Assembly (NCBI GenBank): GCA_000002435.2
Contig: CM018791.1
DNA: 64,000 bases
Direction: 5' to 3' (one strand)
Source: Giardia intestinalis
Taxonomy: Eukaryota
The number at the start of each line of letters is the position of its first letter. The first letter of the stretch is position 1. The notes under the pieces were generated by a model, which saw only the letters and a program-made list of their open reading frames with translations, searched no databases and was not told the origin of the DNA. A program made the position numbers and the translations under genes. Shown here piece after piece: positions 22,201 to 31,017 of the stretch.

Positions 22201-23144
22201 CAGTACTTTTGAACAAGGCTGTCATGCAACCTGCGTGTGCCCTGGCTATTAGCCTTGATTTTAATGAATAATGATGATAGGAATAGGCCCTGAAAACTTT
22301 CAGTGACCACGATTAGTTTCTTGTCTCGGGAATTGATGTAAGCCTGCAGTACCTTGAGGAAATATCTCGAAAAAACTCTGGGGAAAAACTTTATCTGTAT
22401 ACTTTTCTGCAATCCTGCATCAATTCCTTGCTTGATGTACGTAAGGACTTTCCTATCTCTAACATACGAAAACTCGTCCACCGTGTCATGGTCGCTAGTA
22501 ACATCCTTTGCTGTCCCCATATGATTTGAGGAGGTGTGGGCAAAATCTATAGCATCGCTGGCTAGTCGTGTTAGTAGACTCATGCCGGAAGCTGCTACTG
22601 GTGATGTACTTGCGGGGTGGTGATCAGGCTTGGGTGTAGTGCCCGGCTCCGCAGTATCCTTGGCTGCGCCAGCTGGAGGTGAAGAACTGTCGTGTGCATC
22701 AAGTGCACAAGCAGATAAATCAGTAGCAGCAGCAATGCCTCTAATTTGCGGGCCGTAGGGCCGTGAAGCGTCTAGTTGCTGCGGTGGGGTAGTAAGAGAA
22801 ATATAACAGCAAAGCTGGTCTAAAAGAGTTAGGAACTCAGCAGCAGTAATATCGACACCTCCGCACGTGAGGGATATGTCGTATATCAAGATATCTCGGC
22901 CCGTGCGCACATCAGTGCCATAGTGCAGTGGAGCACCTGCAAGCTCCAGATAGACCTCTTTGTGTCGAGCTATGTTCAAAAGTTGAGAATGATGAAGCTG
23001 TGGAAACATTTGAAGCAGCTGAGGATTAAGGGTGAACCCGCCGTCTGAGACCGAAACAGGCCGAGGAGGCACAGACATGTGCTCCTTCTCCTGTAGTGGT
23101 GCATCCAACGTCACGGATGTTTGCAATTCTCCGACCAATTGCAT
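19257..23144 (-). CDS. Large hypothetical protein (1295 aa) with a degenerate protein-kinase-like region.
   Basis: HKISLKGLDPRCIVVD resembles a decayed HRDLKPENILLD catalytic loop. A later DFG…SLGLVMLCIATGADPW stretch resembles subdomains VII-IX. The rest is unrecognised. Confidence 0.55.
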   Translation of the reverse strand: MQLVGELQTSVTLDAPLQEKEHMSVPPRPVSVSDGGFTLNPQLLQMFPQLHHSQLLNIARHKEVYLELAGAPLHYGTDVRTGRDILIYDISLTCGGVDITAAEFLTLLDQLCCYISLTTPPQQLDASRPYGPQIRGIAAATDLSACALDAHDSSSPPAGAAKDTAEPGTTPKPDHHPASTSPVAASGMSLLTRLASDAIDFAHTSSNHMGTAKDVTSDHDTVDEFSYVRDRKVLTYIKQGIDAGLQKSIQIKFFPRVFSRYFLKVLQAYINSRDKKLIVVTESFQGLFLSSLFIKIKANSQGTRRLHDSLVQKYCCNLIDSLLYVSQHKISLKGLDPRCIVVDTQQCMLRLFPSAFLVSVTRADEMIYRHPTELYMSFFTGLGLSPRDFFWYKSYIGQALAYWLSKYNEFLNLEKNTRLSNPSVDHRQRDCRDSQSISHENINGLFYHIYSENLDDAEDYPSYLSLSTGFKATGDAPVDTQGPGVLQGVGGSVMPASSPSSGRLVWTGSNEVIPYPDTARGSATLDQGTLASIASGQGDHVHRGASIPNFLAADKPAICPAFITSLDTNTRTKQLGSGSAHTCTTSFNCPCILYLFLKRLLVLSTIYMPLFLKHLTATIKDQFEADFSCQSRHGIGSPRDARLFKLLTDFVGFPIDNPLFQENEKAEYAYIISPHCSKCCKVLRGMIARFRPATELAIASLDCGSQGYASYSKIPSSQQYRIERSASGNLSSAPVSHHCFSFPLEDTGGDAAGSQCVKTKPSEKYLNKHRLSKMADKLELTTAMGSELDGRVGSSAVTNAKSPQDCDYDQELVQFSHAHLSAFTRGSPEAKLISSAGKSKEKPTPKDLGEARDQILPPSDHQHGYDTGRAVLDLCVSSPNVSQELSESLEADVVQGHGDDIDDFGLLDFGMLKPVAIRNVYSLGLVMLCIATGADPWTQEEYLIDGLLNEKLPTSLIDVQNKDLCELITKCIDGSNCFGSIEAVLEHKYFREHLDVLQHQQQKDNASHQDHLEHATLPEKEIFSAKTRSNPFKMGYGHVREDELQPISSSVATLIADPIHASSERSSTGRFSVTDSALHTEGSATDCLSEQDGSEPKHASTKQTSVDGQLARGSAGVSLDLVKGLDVCVSKDGTTTPLGPPPYYQVTSSLTTNTVPSYTQIVTPNSRQSSTPTNTNEHTCTDDSMPLSQQASESKLPCASLEPTAVSAASVYPKYKRVELLTLRRDTATLAVIYLVNGNVEKKITHSITSDEEPGNIYTEMIKKMESEQLVLKQTEALKDDIEDLLRKKFYHSTD

Positions 23145-23220
23145 TGTTGATGTGATTTTTTGAGCTGAGCGCTCAGAGGTTTTTCTAGATGTTTTCTAGT
23201 GTTTCAATTATAAATTTAAG

Positions 23221-23997
23221 ATGTTGGGGAAAGCCGATCGTCCAGATGCTTCAAGTTCAAAGATGGCGCGATTCAGGCACCGGCCTCATGCAAACCCGCT
23301 TGCAGACAATGACTTCCAATTTCCGTGTACAGAGCCGGATGAGTTCCCTTTCGATCTATATTACCCTACATGGACAAGTCAAAGAAGTACGGATGCACGA
23401 GAGTATCATTTTGATATTGTGGATATTGGATGCGGCTATGGTGACTTTGTGCGCAATGTAAGCCTTGCTTTTCCCGATCTGCTTGTTATAGGCTTAGAGC
23501 TTAGAGACATCCCTGTAGTGCTGGGGCAGCAGGCTCTTCTGAATGGCCGCTCTGCAGGCCAAAATGAAAACGCAGCAATCATTCGGTGCAATATAATGAA
23601 GCACCTCCCTAGGTTGCTAGCTCGACAGAGCGTTAGATACCTCACTGTCATGTTTCCTGATCCTCAGTTCAAAGCTTCACATGCTCGGCGTCGTGTCATC
23701 TCACCACAACTTCTCAGTGAGTATGCTTACTATTTAAAGTCCGGAGGCTTCCTATTTGTTTGCTCAGATTTACAAGATCTTTATCTGTACATGTGCAGCA
23801 CAATAGCTGGACACCCTTTCTTTTGTGAGCTTCAGCACGAAGAAGGAGCAGATGATAATGACGGTGATACTCGAGTTGTAAAGACAATCCTGAAGCTTAT
23901 GGACAAAACAGCGGATGCAGAGAGACATATGAGAAAGGATGCAGACAAGACAGTATACAAGGCTGTTTTTCGGTGTACCAAGCCACACTGTATGTAA
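23221..23997 (+). CDS. TRM8: tRNA (guanine-N7)-methyltransferase (Trm8/METTL1 family).
   Basis: DIGCGYGDFV SAM-binding motif, IRCNIMKHLP, MFPDPQFKASHARRRVISPQLLSEYAYYLKSGGFLF. These closely parallel METTL1 (ADIGCGYGG…NAMKHLPNFF…[32 protein letters not shown]). Confidence 0.85.
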   Translation: MLGKADRPDASSSKMARFRHRPHANPLADNDFQFPCTEPDEFPFDLYYPTWTSQRSTDAREYHFDIVDIGCGYGDFVRNVSLAFPDLLVIGLELRDIPVVLGQQALLNGRSAGQNENAAIIRCNIMKHLPRLLARQSVRYLTVMFPDPQFKASHARRRVISPQLLSEYAYYLKSGGFLFVCSDLQDLYLYMCSTIAGHPFFCELQHEEGADDNDGDTRVVKTILKLMDKTADAERHMRKDADKTVYKAVFRCTKPHCM

Positions 23998-24005
23998 ACT
24001 ATTAA

Positions 24006-26846
24006 ATGTTTGCATCTAGAAATTTTCACGACACCTACGAGAAGCTTGCAAGCATAGGTAGGGGGACCTTCGGAGAATGCTTTGTATGTAGAAACAAAGA
24101 TAGTAGTGAGATCCTTTGTGCAAAAGAGGTGAACTATAAGAGTCTTGGCTCCCATTCTCCACAGATAACTCGACTGAAGACTGAGTTAGAGAAGAGTATG
24201 CATCTGAAGCATAGAAACATCCTTCCCATTCTTGAAATCTATGACAATCCAGACTTGTGCACTATCCATATCATTTCACCATATCGAGCTGGGGAATCTG
24301 TTGCTGAACTACTTATCGCTACACAAGCAAACAGTCAGGGGATTCCCGAGCAGGATATATGGAAGCTGATGGACGGGCTTTGTCAGGCTCTGCAGTTTCT
24401 CTGCACATCAGCACCATCTCCTTCCACCTCCCCAGCACACCTTAACCTTATTCCTTCTAACATCTTTCTATCTAGTCTCTCCTCTGTACTGACATCTGAG
24501 CCCTGCATAACACGCTTTATCTTTGCTGCAGACTCTATCAGAAAAGACGAGACGTATATGCCACCAGAGACCCGTGGAACTACAATTGCTACGCTGCAAG
24601 GAAATATATGGACTGTAGGAAGCATTGCATATGAGCTAGCCACTGGAAGGCGTGCCAGCGATCTATTGAGCTTGACTTCTCCCACCAATCTTAAGGTTGA
24701 ACTTCCAGAGCAATACTCAGCAAGCTTGTCCTTACTTCTTGCACAAATGCTATCTCCAAATGAAGATAACCGGCCATCTCTTGCTTCTTGGCGCTCAGAG
24801 ATTCGAAACTTTGAGAAGAGAAAGAGACACTCTTTCATCCCCCACGATATCCAGCACATCTCTCCTACAGAATTAATGTCAGCAGTTACGCATCTTGATA
24901 TTCATCGTGTATACAAGTATTTGAATCAGCACTCTGCACGGATGGTAGGTGGTACCACAGCCCTTATGCTTGCCGCCGATCAGAACTTCCCAGCTGCCAT
25001 CTCTGTTCTTCTCAAGTACGAGGCTGGTCTGTGCAATGATGATGGTGACACTGCTTTACTTATGGCATGTAAGAAGGACCACCAGGAGGTTGTTAAGCTT
25101 CTTGCTCCTGTGGAGGGGCATATTCGCAACGCAGCTGGTTTGGGCGCAATACACGTTTGCAAAAAGCACAAGGCTGTCAATAGTCTGCGCGTGTTACTGG
25201 ACCTGCCTGTTGAGCAACAGTATGGAATCCTAGTTTCAGACGACACACCTCGGAAGCGCCACAGAGCATATCGTAATACAACCCTTCATACTGCCGTATT
25301 AGCTGACGATGCTCATGCCGTGGAGCAGAATATTGAGCTTTCGGGAATCTTTAGCTCCAAAGGAAGGACAGCTTTGTCCTTAGCAGCAGAGCATGGGTGT
25401 TGTGCTTTAATAATAGGCATGTTGGCTGACCGCGAGCATGGCTTACTATCACAGGTGTTGCTCTACAAGGACGATGCAGATAACGACCTTCTTTGCCCGC
25501 TTCCCCGCAACCAAAGTATTGCAAGACCAAACGTATCCAGTAACCCTTCTCTTCTGACTCAGTTCCTGGAACAGAACAAGGCGAAGCGGTGTCAGGATCG
25601 CTGGACAGCCCTGATGTTCGCTGCATATTATGGAAAGGTGGACGTAGTGCGCCTTCTTGTAAGCATGGAAAGGAAGATGCAATCACCGCACTATAAACAT
25701 ACTGCCCTTATGCTTGCTACTAAAGCTGGTCATTTGCCATGTGTGGAGCTATTGATTCCTGATGAGGTGGGCATGAAAGACAGGAACGGGGAAACTGCTC
25801 TTATGATCGCTGTTTCTCGAGGAGACATGAGAATAGCGGCGGTGCTTGTCAAGTATGAGGCGGGACTAACCAATGCTGTTCGAGAGACTGCTCTCTTCAA
25901 GGCTATTACACTGGGTCACACAGATATTGCTAAGCTTCTCCTTTCAGCTGAGGCACACATTGCAGATGAGGAGGAGACAACCGCCTTAATGCTAGCTGCC
26001 TCTAAAGGAAATAGCGAAGTGGTAAAGATGCTAGTGGGAAAGTCTATCGATATTGGCAAGAAAAACAAGTACGGATATACCGCTCTTATGGCTGCTGCCC
26101 AAGAGGATGCGCTAGAGTGCATTACAGTGTTACTTTCTTATGAGTGTGGAATGACAAATGCCAATGGAATGACAGCACTAATGCTTGCGGCGGCACGGAA
26201 CTTAGAGCGCAGTGTTAAGCTGCTACTTGACCATGAGCTTGGAGCTAAGGATCACGACGGAGACACTGCGCTTCTTATTGCCATAGGAGAGAAGTCAGAC
26301 GCTGCAGGCCTTCTTTTGGCTCAAACAGAAGAGGCATATATTCCCAATCAGAACGATTGCTACCCCATCATGTTGGCCACCCAGCTTAATCTTCAGTCGG
26401 TTGTCTGTGCGCTAATCCCCATGTGCGATGAGCGGATTCGTTACACAAATACTTTGACACCATTGATGTATGCAGCCAATCAGGGGTCTGTAGAATTGGT
26501 GGATATCTTGGCCCACGCCCAACAAGACAGTCGTGTACAGCTGTCAAAGACCAGACCTCTTTTTCTTGGTCACCAGGACAAGGACGGCTGGACAGCCTTG
26601 ATGTTCGCTGTTGACAAAAGATGCACAGGTGCCGTTGAAGTTTTGGCCCCACTCGAACACTCTATTCTAGATAACAATGGAAACAGTGCTCTTTCAATTG
26701 CAGTGGCTCTAGGAGACATAGCCTCAATCCAGCTGCTACTCCCATATGAGGGCATCCAGTTTCTCACGAGCAAGAACCTCGATGAGTTGATAGAGAGAAT
26801 CACTGATGAAAGGATAATCTCCCTTCTGCGTCGGGTCACCTTTTGA
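24006..26846 (+). CDS. NEK-like pseudokinase with a long C-terminal ankyrin-repeat array.
   Basis: N-lobe intact (IGRGTFGECFV, LCAKEV). Catalytic HRD and DFG motifs are degenerate (HLNLIPSNIFL; FAADSI). More than 15 ankyrin units follow (TALMLAA…GH..V..LL). Confidence 0.85.
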   Translation: MFASRNFHDTYEKLASIGRGTFGECFVCRNKDSSEILCAKEVNYKSLGSHSPQITRLKTELEKSMHLKHRNILPILEIYDNPDLCTIHIISPYRAGESVAELLIATQANSQGIPEQDIWKLMDGLCQALQFLCTSAPSPSTSPAHLNLIPSNIFLSSLSSVLTSEPCITRFIFAADSIRKDETYMPPETRGTTIATLQGNIWTVGSIAYELATGRRASDLLSLTSPTNLKVELPEQYSASLSLLLAQMLSPNEDNRPSLASWRSEIRNFEKRKRHSFIPHDIQHISPTELMSAVTHLDIHRVYKYLNQHSARMVGGTTALMLAADQNFPAAISVLLKYEAGLCNDDGDTALLMACKKDHQEVVKLLAPVEGHIRNAAGLGAIHVCKKHKAVNSLRVLLDLPVEQQYGILVSDDTPRKRHRAYRNTTLHTAVLADDAHAVEQNIELSGIFSSKGRTALSLAAEHGCCALIIGMLADREHGLLSQVLLYKDDADNDLLCPLPRNQSIARPNVSSNPSLLTQFLEQNKAKRCQDRWTALMFAAYYGKVDVVRLLVSMERKMQSPHYKHTALMLATKAGHLPCVELLIPDEVGMKDRNGETALMIAVSRGDMRIAAVLVKYEAGLTNAVRETALFKAITLGHTDIAKLLLSAEAHIADEEETTALMLAASKGNSEVVKMLVGKSIDIGKKNKYGYTALMAAAQEDALECITVLLSYECGMTNANGMTALMLAAARNLERSVKLLLDHELGAKDHDGDTALLIAIGEKSDAAGLLLAQTEEAYIPNQNDCYPIMLATQLNLQSVVCALIPMCDERIRYTNTLTPLMYAANQGSVELVDILAHAQQDSRVQLSKTRPLFLGHQDKDGWTALMFAVDKRCTGAVEVLAPLEHSILDNNGNSALSIAVALGDIASIQLLLPYEGIQFLTSKNLDELIERITDERIISLLRRVTF

Positions 26847-26877
26847 TGCAGCAACAGACAAAAGCAAATGCAATTCA

Positions 26878-27651
26878 CTAGTGCTCGTGCTTGATTTCGC
26901 AGTAGCTGCCAGCATAGTTATCCTTACAAACACAGCGGTTATCCTTACACTCTCCATGGCCGCTGCACTCCTTGCTGGGATGCTCGGGGTCAACACAGTG
27001 GTCATTCACGCAGTTATCAGCAAGGATATTTGTATACCCAACGTCACATTCGCACATGTAAATAAAGTCGTCAGGATATGGCGAAACGTCGTACCTGATG
27101 CATTTTCCGTGTCCGCCACAAATGCTACGATGACCAGACTTGTCCTCGTGGACGCAGATGGAAGGTGCGCACGTATCCCCGTCCAGCACCTCTGCATCTG
27201 CGCTGCACACATTACAGTGGAAACCTGCATAAAGGTAAGAGCACGTACACACTTTATTCTCAATGTCACAAACTCCCCGAGTATGACAGATCTCTGCCTC
27301 TCCCGACTCAAACATCCCTGTAACACATTCGTTAGGGATGCATCGCCCTCCAGACGGGGTGTAGTTGGTATTGCAGCCGCAGTACCAGTTGCCACTGACG
27401 TTTTGCTGGCAGAGGCCATTGGGGCACATCTTGCCATCGACAATACAGGTTATTGGTATACATTTAAATGTCCCTTGGAGGACGAAGCCATCATCACAAA
27501 GACAGATGCCATTCATGCATTTGCCGTATCCCATGCATTCGAGCTGGTTGAATCCGACGCACGTCTTCTTGATGCATTGATCGTCGATAAGAACCTCGTC
27601 CTCAGGACAGCTGACTGCCCATGCAAAAGCTGCGAGAGAAACGAAAAGCAT
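26878..27651 (-). CDS. Secreted high-cysteine EGF-like repeat protein (tenascin-like / high cysteine protein, no TM).
   Basis: Signal peptide MLFVSLAAFAWAVS, then about 40 Cys in EGF-like spacing (CxCxxGFxGxxC) across 257 aa. No hydrophobic anchor. Confidence 0.75.
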   Translation of the reverse strand: MLFVSLAAFAWAVSCPEDEVLIDDQCIKKTCVGFNQLECMGYGKCMNGICLCDDGFVLQGTFKCIPITCIVDGKMCPNGLCQQNVSGNWYCGCNTNYTPSGGRCIPNECVTGMFESGEAEICHTRGVCDIENKVCTCSYLYAGFHCNVCSADAEVLDGDTCAPSICVHEDKSGHRSICGGHGKCIRYDVSPYPDDFIYMCECDVGYTNILADNCVNDHCVDPEHPSKECSGHGECKDNRCVCKDNYAGSYCEIKHEH

Positions 27652-27805
27652 AGACTTTATTAATTCAGTTAACTTGGGATTAGCTGCCCTGTTTCTAAAG
27701 GCAAAGGGGTTATCAGCAAGCTCGCGGACACATCTGCAGGTCGCAGCCCGTTCAACTAGGCAACAAGAAATGCGTTATCTCCACGCGTAGGAGAAAATAA
27801 AATCC

Positions 27806-28000
27806 ATGCGTGTTCACATAATAGAGGGGAAGTGCACCGGCTGCGGAGACTGCATTCCTTCATGTGCGTACAATGTGCTGCACATGGACGAAGTCACAAA
27901 CCGCGTGGTCATCGCTCCTAGCTACGGGTGTGTGGGCTGTCTTCAATGTCTTGCCGTCTGCACTCACGATGCGATTGGAACCCCTGTACGCTATGAATAG
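27806..28000 (+). CDS. 2x[4Fe-4S] ferredoxin (64 aa).
   Basis: Two CxxCxxCxxxC(P)-type clusters: CTGCGDCIPSC and CVGCLQCLAVC. AT-rich initiator gagaaaataaaatccATG. Confidence 0.7.
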   Translation: MRVHIIEGKCTGCGDCIPSCAYNVLHMDEVTNRVVIAPSYGCVGCLQCLAVCTHDAIGTPVRYE

Positions 28001-28048
28001 AAGGAAAACGAAGAAAGTTTAACATCAAGCGTACTAGGTTAACCTGAA

Positions 28049-28972
28049 CTACTTTTTCACGGCACGGATGATCCCACTAGTTATTAAGATTAAAATGGCT
28101 AAGCCGAGTATGCTAAATATGATTGTGCAGCATAGGCACTTATTTGACTTTTTGAGCGTGTTCTCCGCCTTCTTTAAGTAAGTTGTTCCATCTTGTACGG
28201 CTTCGCGAGCATGGAGGACGTTTGTTTCTATTTGTTCAATTAGTCTGCTCTGCTGCTCACACATCATTGCTGCGTCCATGGTTAGTTGGTGGATCTCCTG
28301 AGCAGTCTTCTGAATCTCTTGCACCGCTCTGTTGCGCTCCATACAATCAGATAAAATCTGATAGGTGTCGTCAGATTGCGCTTGGATGAGCCTTTGTAGA
28401 GCCTGCGGGTCTCCGGAGGCGATGACAAAATCTAATTCTGCATCTTGCAAATCGTGACGAACTGAACGGATGATTCGCTTCAGTTTCTGTTCGTGGGCGG
28501 CTTTGGTGTCAGCCTGAGAGTTTTGAAAGTTGGAGGAATAAGAGTGAAACATCTTTGTCTTTTGGTGTAGCACATCTATCTTTTGGCATAGCTCCGGGCT
28601 GTACATGCCAGTCTCCTTGTTATGGGACTTTGCCTCCGCGTCCTCTTTGTCCTTTTCTTCTTGGATTTGCGTGTTTAGTGCCTTGAGCTTCTGGGAAATG
28701 GCATTCAAGGCTGCAGATCCTTCTGTCCGGGCATCCACAGACGTCTTCTCTGCGGTATTGTCCTCCATAAAACCCTTGATGATGTGGTCTGATGAAGTCT
28801 TAAGCCGCTTTATGGCCTCGCTAACTGTCTCAAAGTACGGATCCAACTTTTTCACCTCATTGAAAAAGCGACTGAGAGCCTGCTCTTTCGCTGTTTCAGG
28901 ATCATCTCCGTCCGAAAATTCATCCACTTGGAGACGCTTTTTGTCAAAGATTGGTGCATCAAAATCGGTCAT
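28049..28972 (-). CDS. Syntaxin (Qa-SNARE), tail-anchored.
   Basis: Habc-like N-terminus. SNARE motif …AVQEIQKTAQEIHQLTMDAAMMCEQQSRLIEQIETNV… followed by a C-terminal TM (CCTIIFSILGLAILILITSGII). Confidence 0.85.
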   Translation of the reverse strand: MTDFDAPIFDKKRLQVDEFSDGDDPETAKEQALSRFFNEVKKLDPYFETVSEAIKRLKTSSDHIIKGFMEDNTAEKTSVDARTEGSAALNAISQKLKALNTQIQEEKDKEDAEAKSHNKETGMYSPELCQKIDVLHQKTKMFHSYSSNFQNSQADTKAAHEQKLKRIIRSVRHDLQDAELDFVIASGDPQALQRLIQAQSDDTYQILSDCMERNRAVQEIQKTAQEIHQLTMDAAMMCEQQSRLIEQIETNVLHAREAVQDGTTYLKKAENTLKKSNKCLCCTIIFSILGLAILILITSGIIRAVKK

Positions 28973-29026
28973 TTTAAATTATTTGTCTTTTTATTGAATC
29001 AGGGAAGTACTTGCAGAATGTACAGG

Positions 29027-29419
29027 TCAAAGAGATCTATTGTCGAGCTGGCAGCCTCGTTTCTTGCTGGCGTAGGTGCAGTTTTTCTAGTCCAGGCAGT
29101 CCACGCCAAATGCTGCACTGTACGCTGTCCTCTCTGTACTCTTTTTGGATCCAGTACGCAGGAGCAAAAGCCGACTTCTGGCGGCTGTTCTGGATCAAGC
29201 GATCCTAGCCAACGATGTGCAAACTGCACCTGTTGGAAGTCTCGGGTGGGCGACAAGTCAGCTGAGGCCAACTCTCAGCCGGGAATTTCCGTCCAGAAAT
29301 CTGGTCGAGTTGCTCTGAATCTTGCGGCGATAAATCCAGAGCAGGAGCTCCGTCAGGTTGGCGACGACTCTGCTTCGGGAGATGACGCGACTTATATGAT
29401 CTCTCAACCTCCTCTTTAA
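29027..29419 (+). CDS. Candidate small secreted/membrane ORF (131 aa). Weak support.
   Basis: ATG followed by a hydrophobic segment (SIVELAASFLAGVGAVFLVQAVHA) and Cys-rich residues. Lies in the 443-bp gap between the syntaxin start and the RPE 3' end. Could be non-coding. Confidence 0.2.
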   Translation, partial: SKRSIVELAASFLAGVGAVFLVQAVHAKCCTVRCPLCTLFGSSTQEQKPTSGGCSGSSDPSQRCANCTCWKSRVGDKSAEANSQPGISVQKSGRVALNLAAINPEQELRQVGDDSASGDDATYMISQPPL

Positions 29420-30141
29420 GCACGTTTACATGACACCATATGTTTTCTGAGTAGGGTGATGGGAATGCTTCTATCGGACGCCCCGAATATGTACGAGCCT
29501 GCCACGAAGGCGTCTATTCCACAGGAGCATGCATGATCTATCGTCGCATCCGAAATTCCTCCATCCACTTCAATCAGTAAATCGCTTCTCCTCTTTTTCA
29601 GCTGAATCGCCTTCTCAGCGGCCTCTGGGATATACTTCTGACCACCAAAGCCAGGCTCTACAGTCATAAGAAGAACCAGATCTAAGGCCTTTAACAAGTC
29701 GTCGCCAATGACGGAAGCTGGTGTCTTTGGCTTGATGGAAAGGCCTGCCTTGAGTCCGTGTGCCTTTATTTCCTCGACCAATCGAGCGCATGCCGTATTG
29801 ATAGCTTCCAGATCTTCGTCTGGATCTATGTATGGTGAGTTCCTACCAGAACGCACGGAGGGAGCCTCAATATGAAAGGTAAAGGTGGAAGCACCTGCCT
29901 TAGCGGTCGATGAAATCCAAAACCCTGGGTCATTGGTCATAAAGTGACAGTCTAAAAATGCGTTGGGGACGGCAGCATGTAGGGCACTGATGACGGGCGG
30001 GCCAATGGTCAGATTGGGGACAAAGTTTCCATCCATTACATCCACATGTAACCAGTCTGCTCCACAGTTGAGGACCTCCTGAGCCTCCTGTCCAAGCTTG
30101 GAAAAATCAGCTGAGAGGATTGATGGCGCAATCAACGTCAT
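29416..30141 (-). CDS. RPE: Ribulose-phosphate 3-epimerase.
   Basis: MTLIAPSILSADFSKLGQE…DWLHVDVMDGNFVPNLTIGPPV…MTVEPGFGGQKYI…VDGGI are hallmark RPE motifs. Confidence 0.9.
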   Translation of the reverse strand: MTLIAPSILSADFSKLGQEAQEVLNCGADWLHVDVMDGNFVPNLTIGPPVISALHAAVPNAFLDCHFMTNDPGFWISSTAKAGASTFTFHIEAPSVRSGRNSPYIDPDEDLEAINTACARLVEEIKAHGLKAGLSIKPKTPASVIGDDLLKALDLVLLMTVEPGFGGQKYIPEAAEKAIQLKKRRSDLLIEVDGGISDATIDHACSCGIDAFVAGSYIFGASDRSIPITLLRKHMVSCKRA

Positions 30142-30327
30142 TTGTTTTTAGCTATGCGAAGAAAGATTTAGGCTGCTGTGTAAATATTCACTCTAGTTAT
30201 TTTTCTTATGCACTGCCTACACCTTAGCTTTACTATGGCTGTTTACTGTGACTGTTTACTTAAGGCACGGTATACTCTGCAAGGAACTCCGGTGGTGCAG
30301 GATTTGCTAAATAAGATTCATCAGGGG

Positions 30328-30723
30328 CTACAAGCCACTGCAATCACGAATCTCTGCATCCTTACTCGAGACTCGAGGGTTGCGCCCCGGCTGGGAAGCG
30401 CGGGCCTCACGGCGGGCGGCGGGCTGCTCTGCGCACGCTCCCCTGCGGAGGCGGTGGCCGGGGGCGCACCGGTGGCAGTACTCCGGGACGGCGCAGACCG
30501 CGCAGTGCTCGACGGCGCAGGGCCCGGGGGTGCACGCCCGCCCGCCGTCTGCAGGGACCAGCTCGCCCTGGCAGCGCAGGCAGGCGGCGCCCGCGCACCG
30601 CTCGCAGCCGGGGACCGTCACCCCGCAGGGCAGGGCCGCGAGGAGGCGGAGGAGGCGTCCGGGCATCGGCGTGTTTTCGGCCAAAAATCTGGCGATGTCT
30701 ACGGCGCCCGCGACCTGGGACAC
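30328..30723 (-). CDS. Small GC-rich ORF encoding a Cys-rich (CXXC/furin-like) peptide with a possible signal peptide (start may be the second Met, MPGRLLRLLAALP). Coding frame uncertain.
   Basis: Lies in a roughly 78% GC island. Of the six frames, this one has GC1>GC2 with GC3 about 90% and a protein-like Cys pattern (CERCAGAACLRCQ…CAVEHCAVCAVPEYCHRCAPGH). The competing open frames encode Arg/Pro/Gly-rich strings. Confidence 0.3.
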   Translation of the reverse strand: MSQVAGAVDIARFLAENTPMPGRLLRLLAALPCGVTVPGCERCAGAACLRCQGELVPADGGRACTPGPCAVEHCAVCAVPEYCHRCAPGHRLRRGACAEQPAARREARASQPGRNPRVSSKDAEIRDCSGL

Positions 30724-31003
30724 GCACTGGGCGCGCCACTGGCGCCTGGCCTGGGACTACGTCCTCGGGGCCGCCGTGGCAGGGCTCCTCCTGGCGTGCG
30801 GGGCGCGCTCCCCGGGCCAGGCAGGGGACCCGGACCCCCGGCACAGCCCCCGGCGCCGCAGCTCCTTCGAGGGCCGGGCTCCCCCGCGCCGGCGGGAGAC
30901 GAGCGACCCCGACGTCGACTGCTCCGACTAGCCCGGGGCACGCGAATCCCATAAAGTGAACGTCAACGCTTTTCCGGCACAATCACCGGGTAGTTTATTG
31001 ATG

Positions 31004-31017
31004 GAGAAAAATAAATG
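31004..31017 (+). promoter_or_regulatory. AT-rich initiator GAGAAAAATAAATG (ATG included). Identical 14-mer at 32673-32686 and 49834-49847.
   Basis: Exact 14-nt identity directly at the start codon of three Cys-rich membrane-protein genes. Confidence 0.4.

Noticed and set aside
30208-30982. Four overlapping ORFs (30208-30954 +, 30380-30931 +, 30407-30982 -, 30699-30941 -) in the GC island
   Set aside because: They encode Arg/Pro/Gly/Ala-rich low-complexity strings typical of non-coding frames in very GC-rich DNA. Positional GC analysis favours the smaller minus-strand Cys-rich frame instead. All are kept as uncertain.
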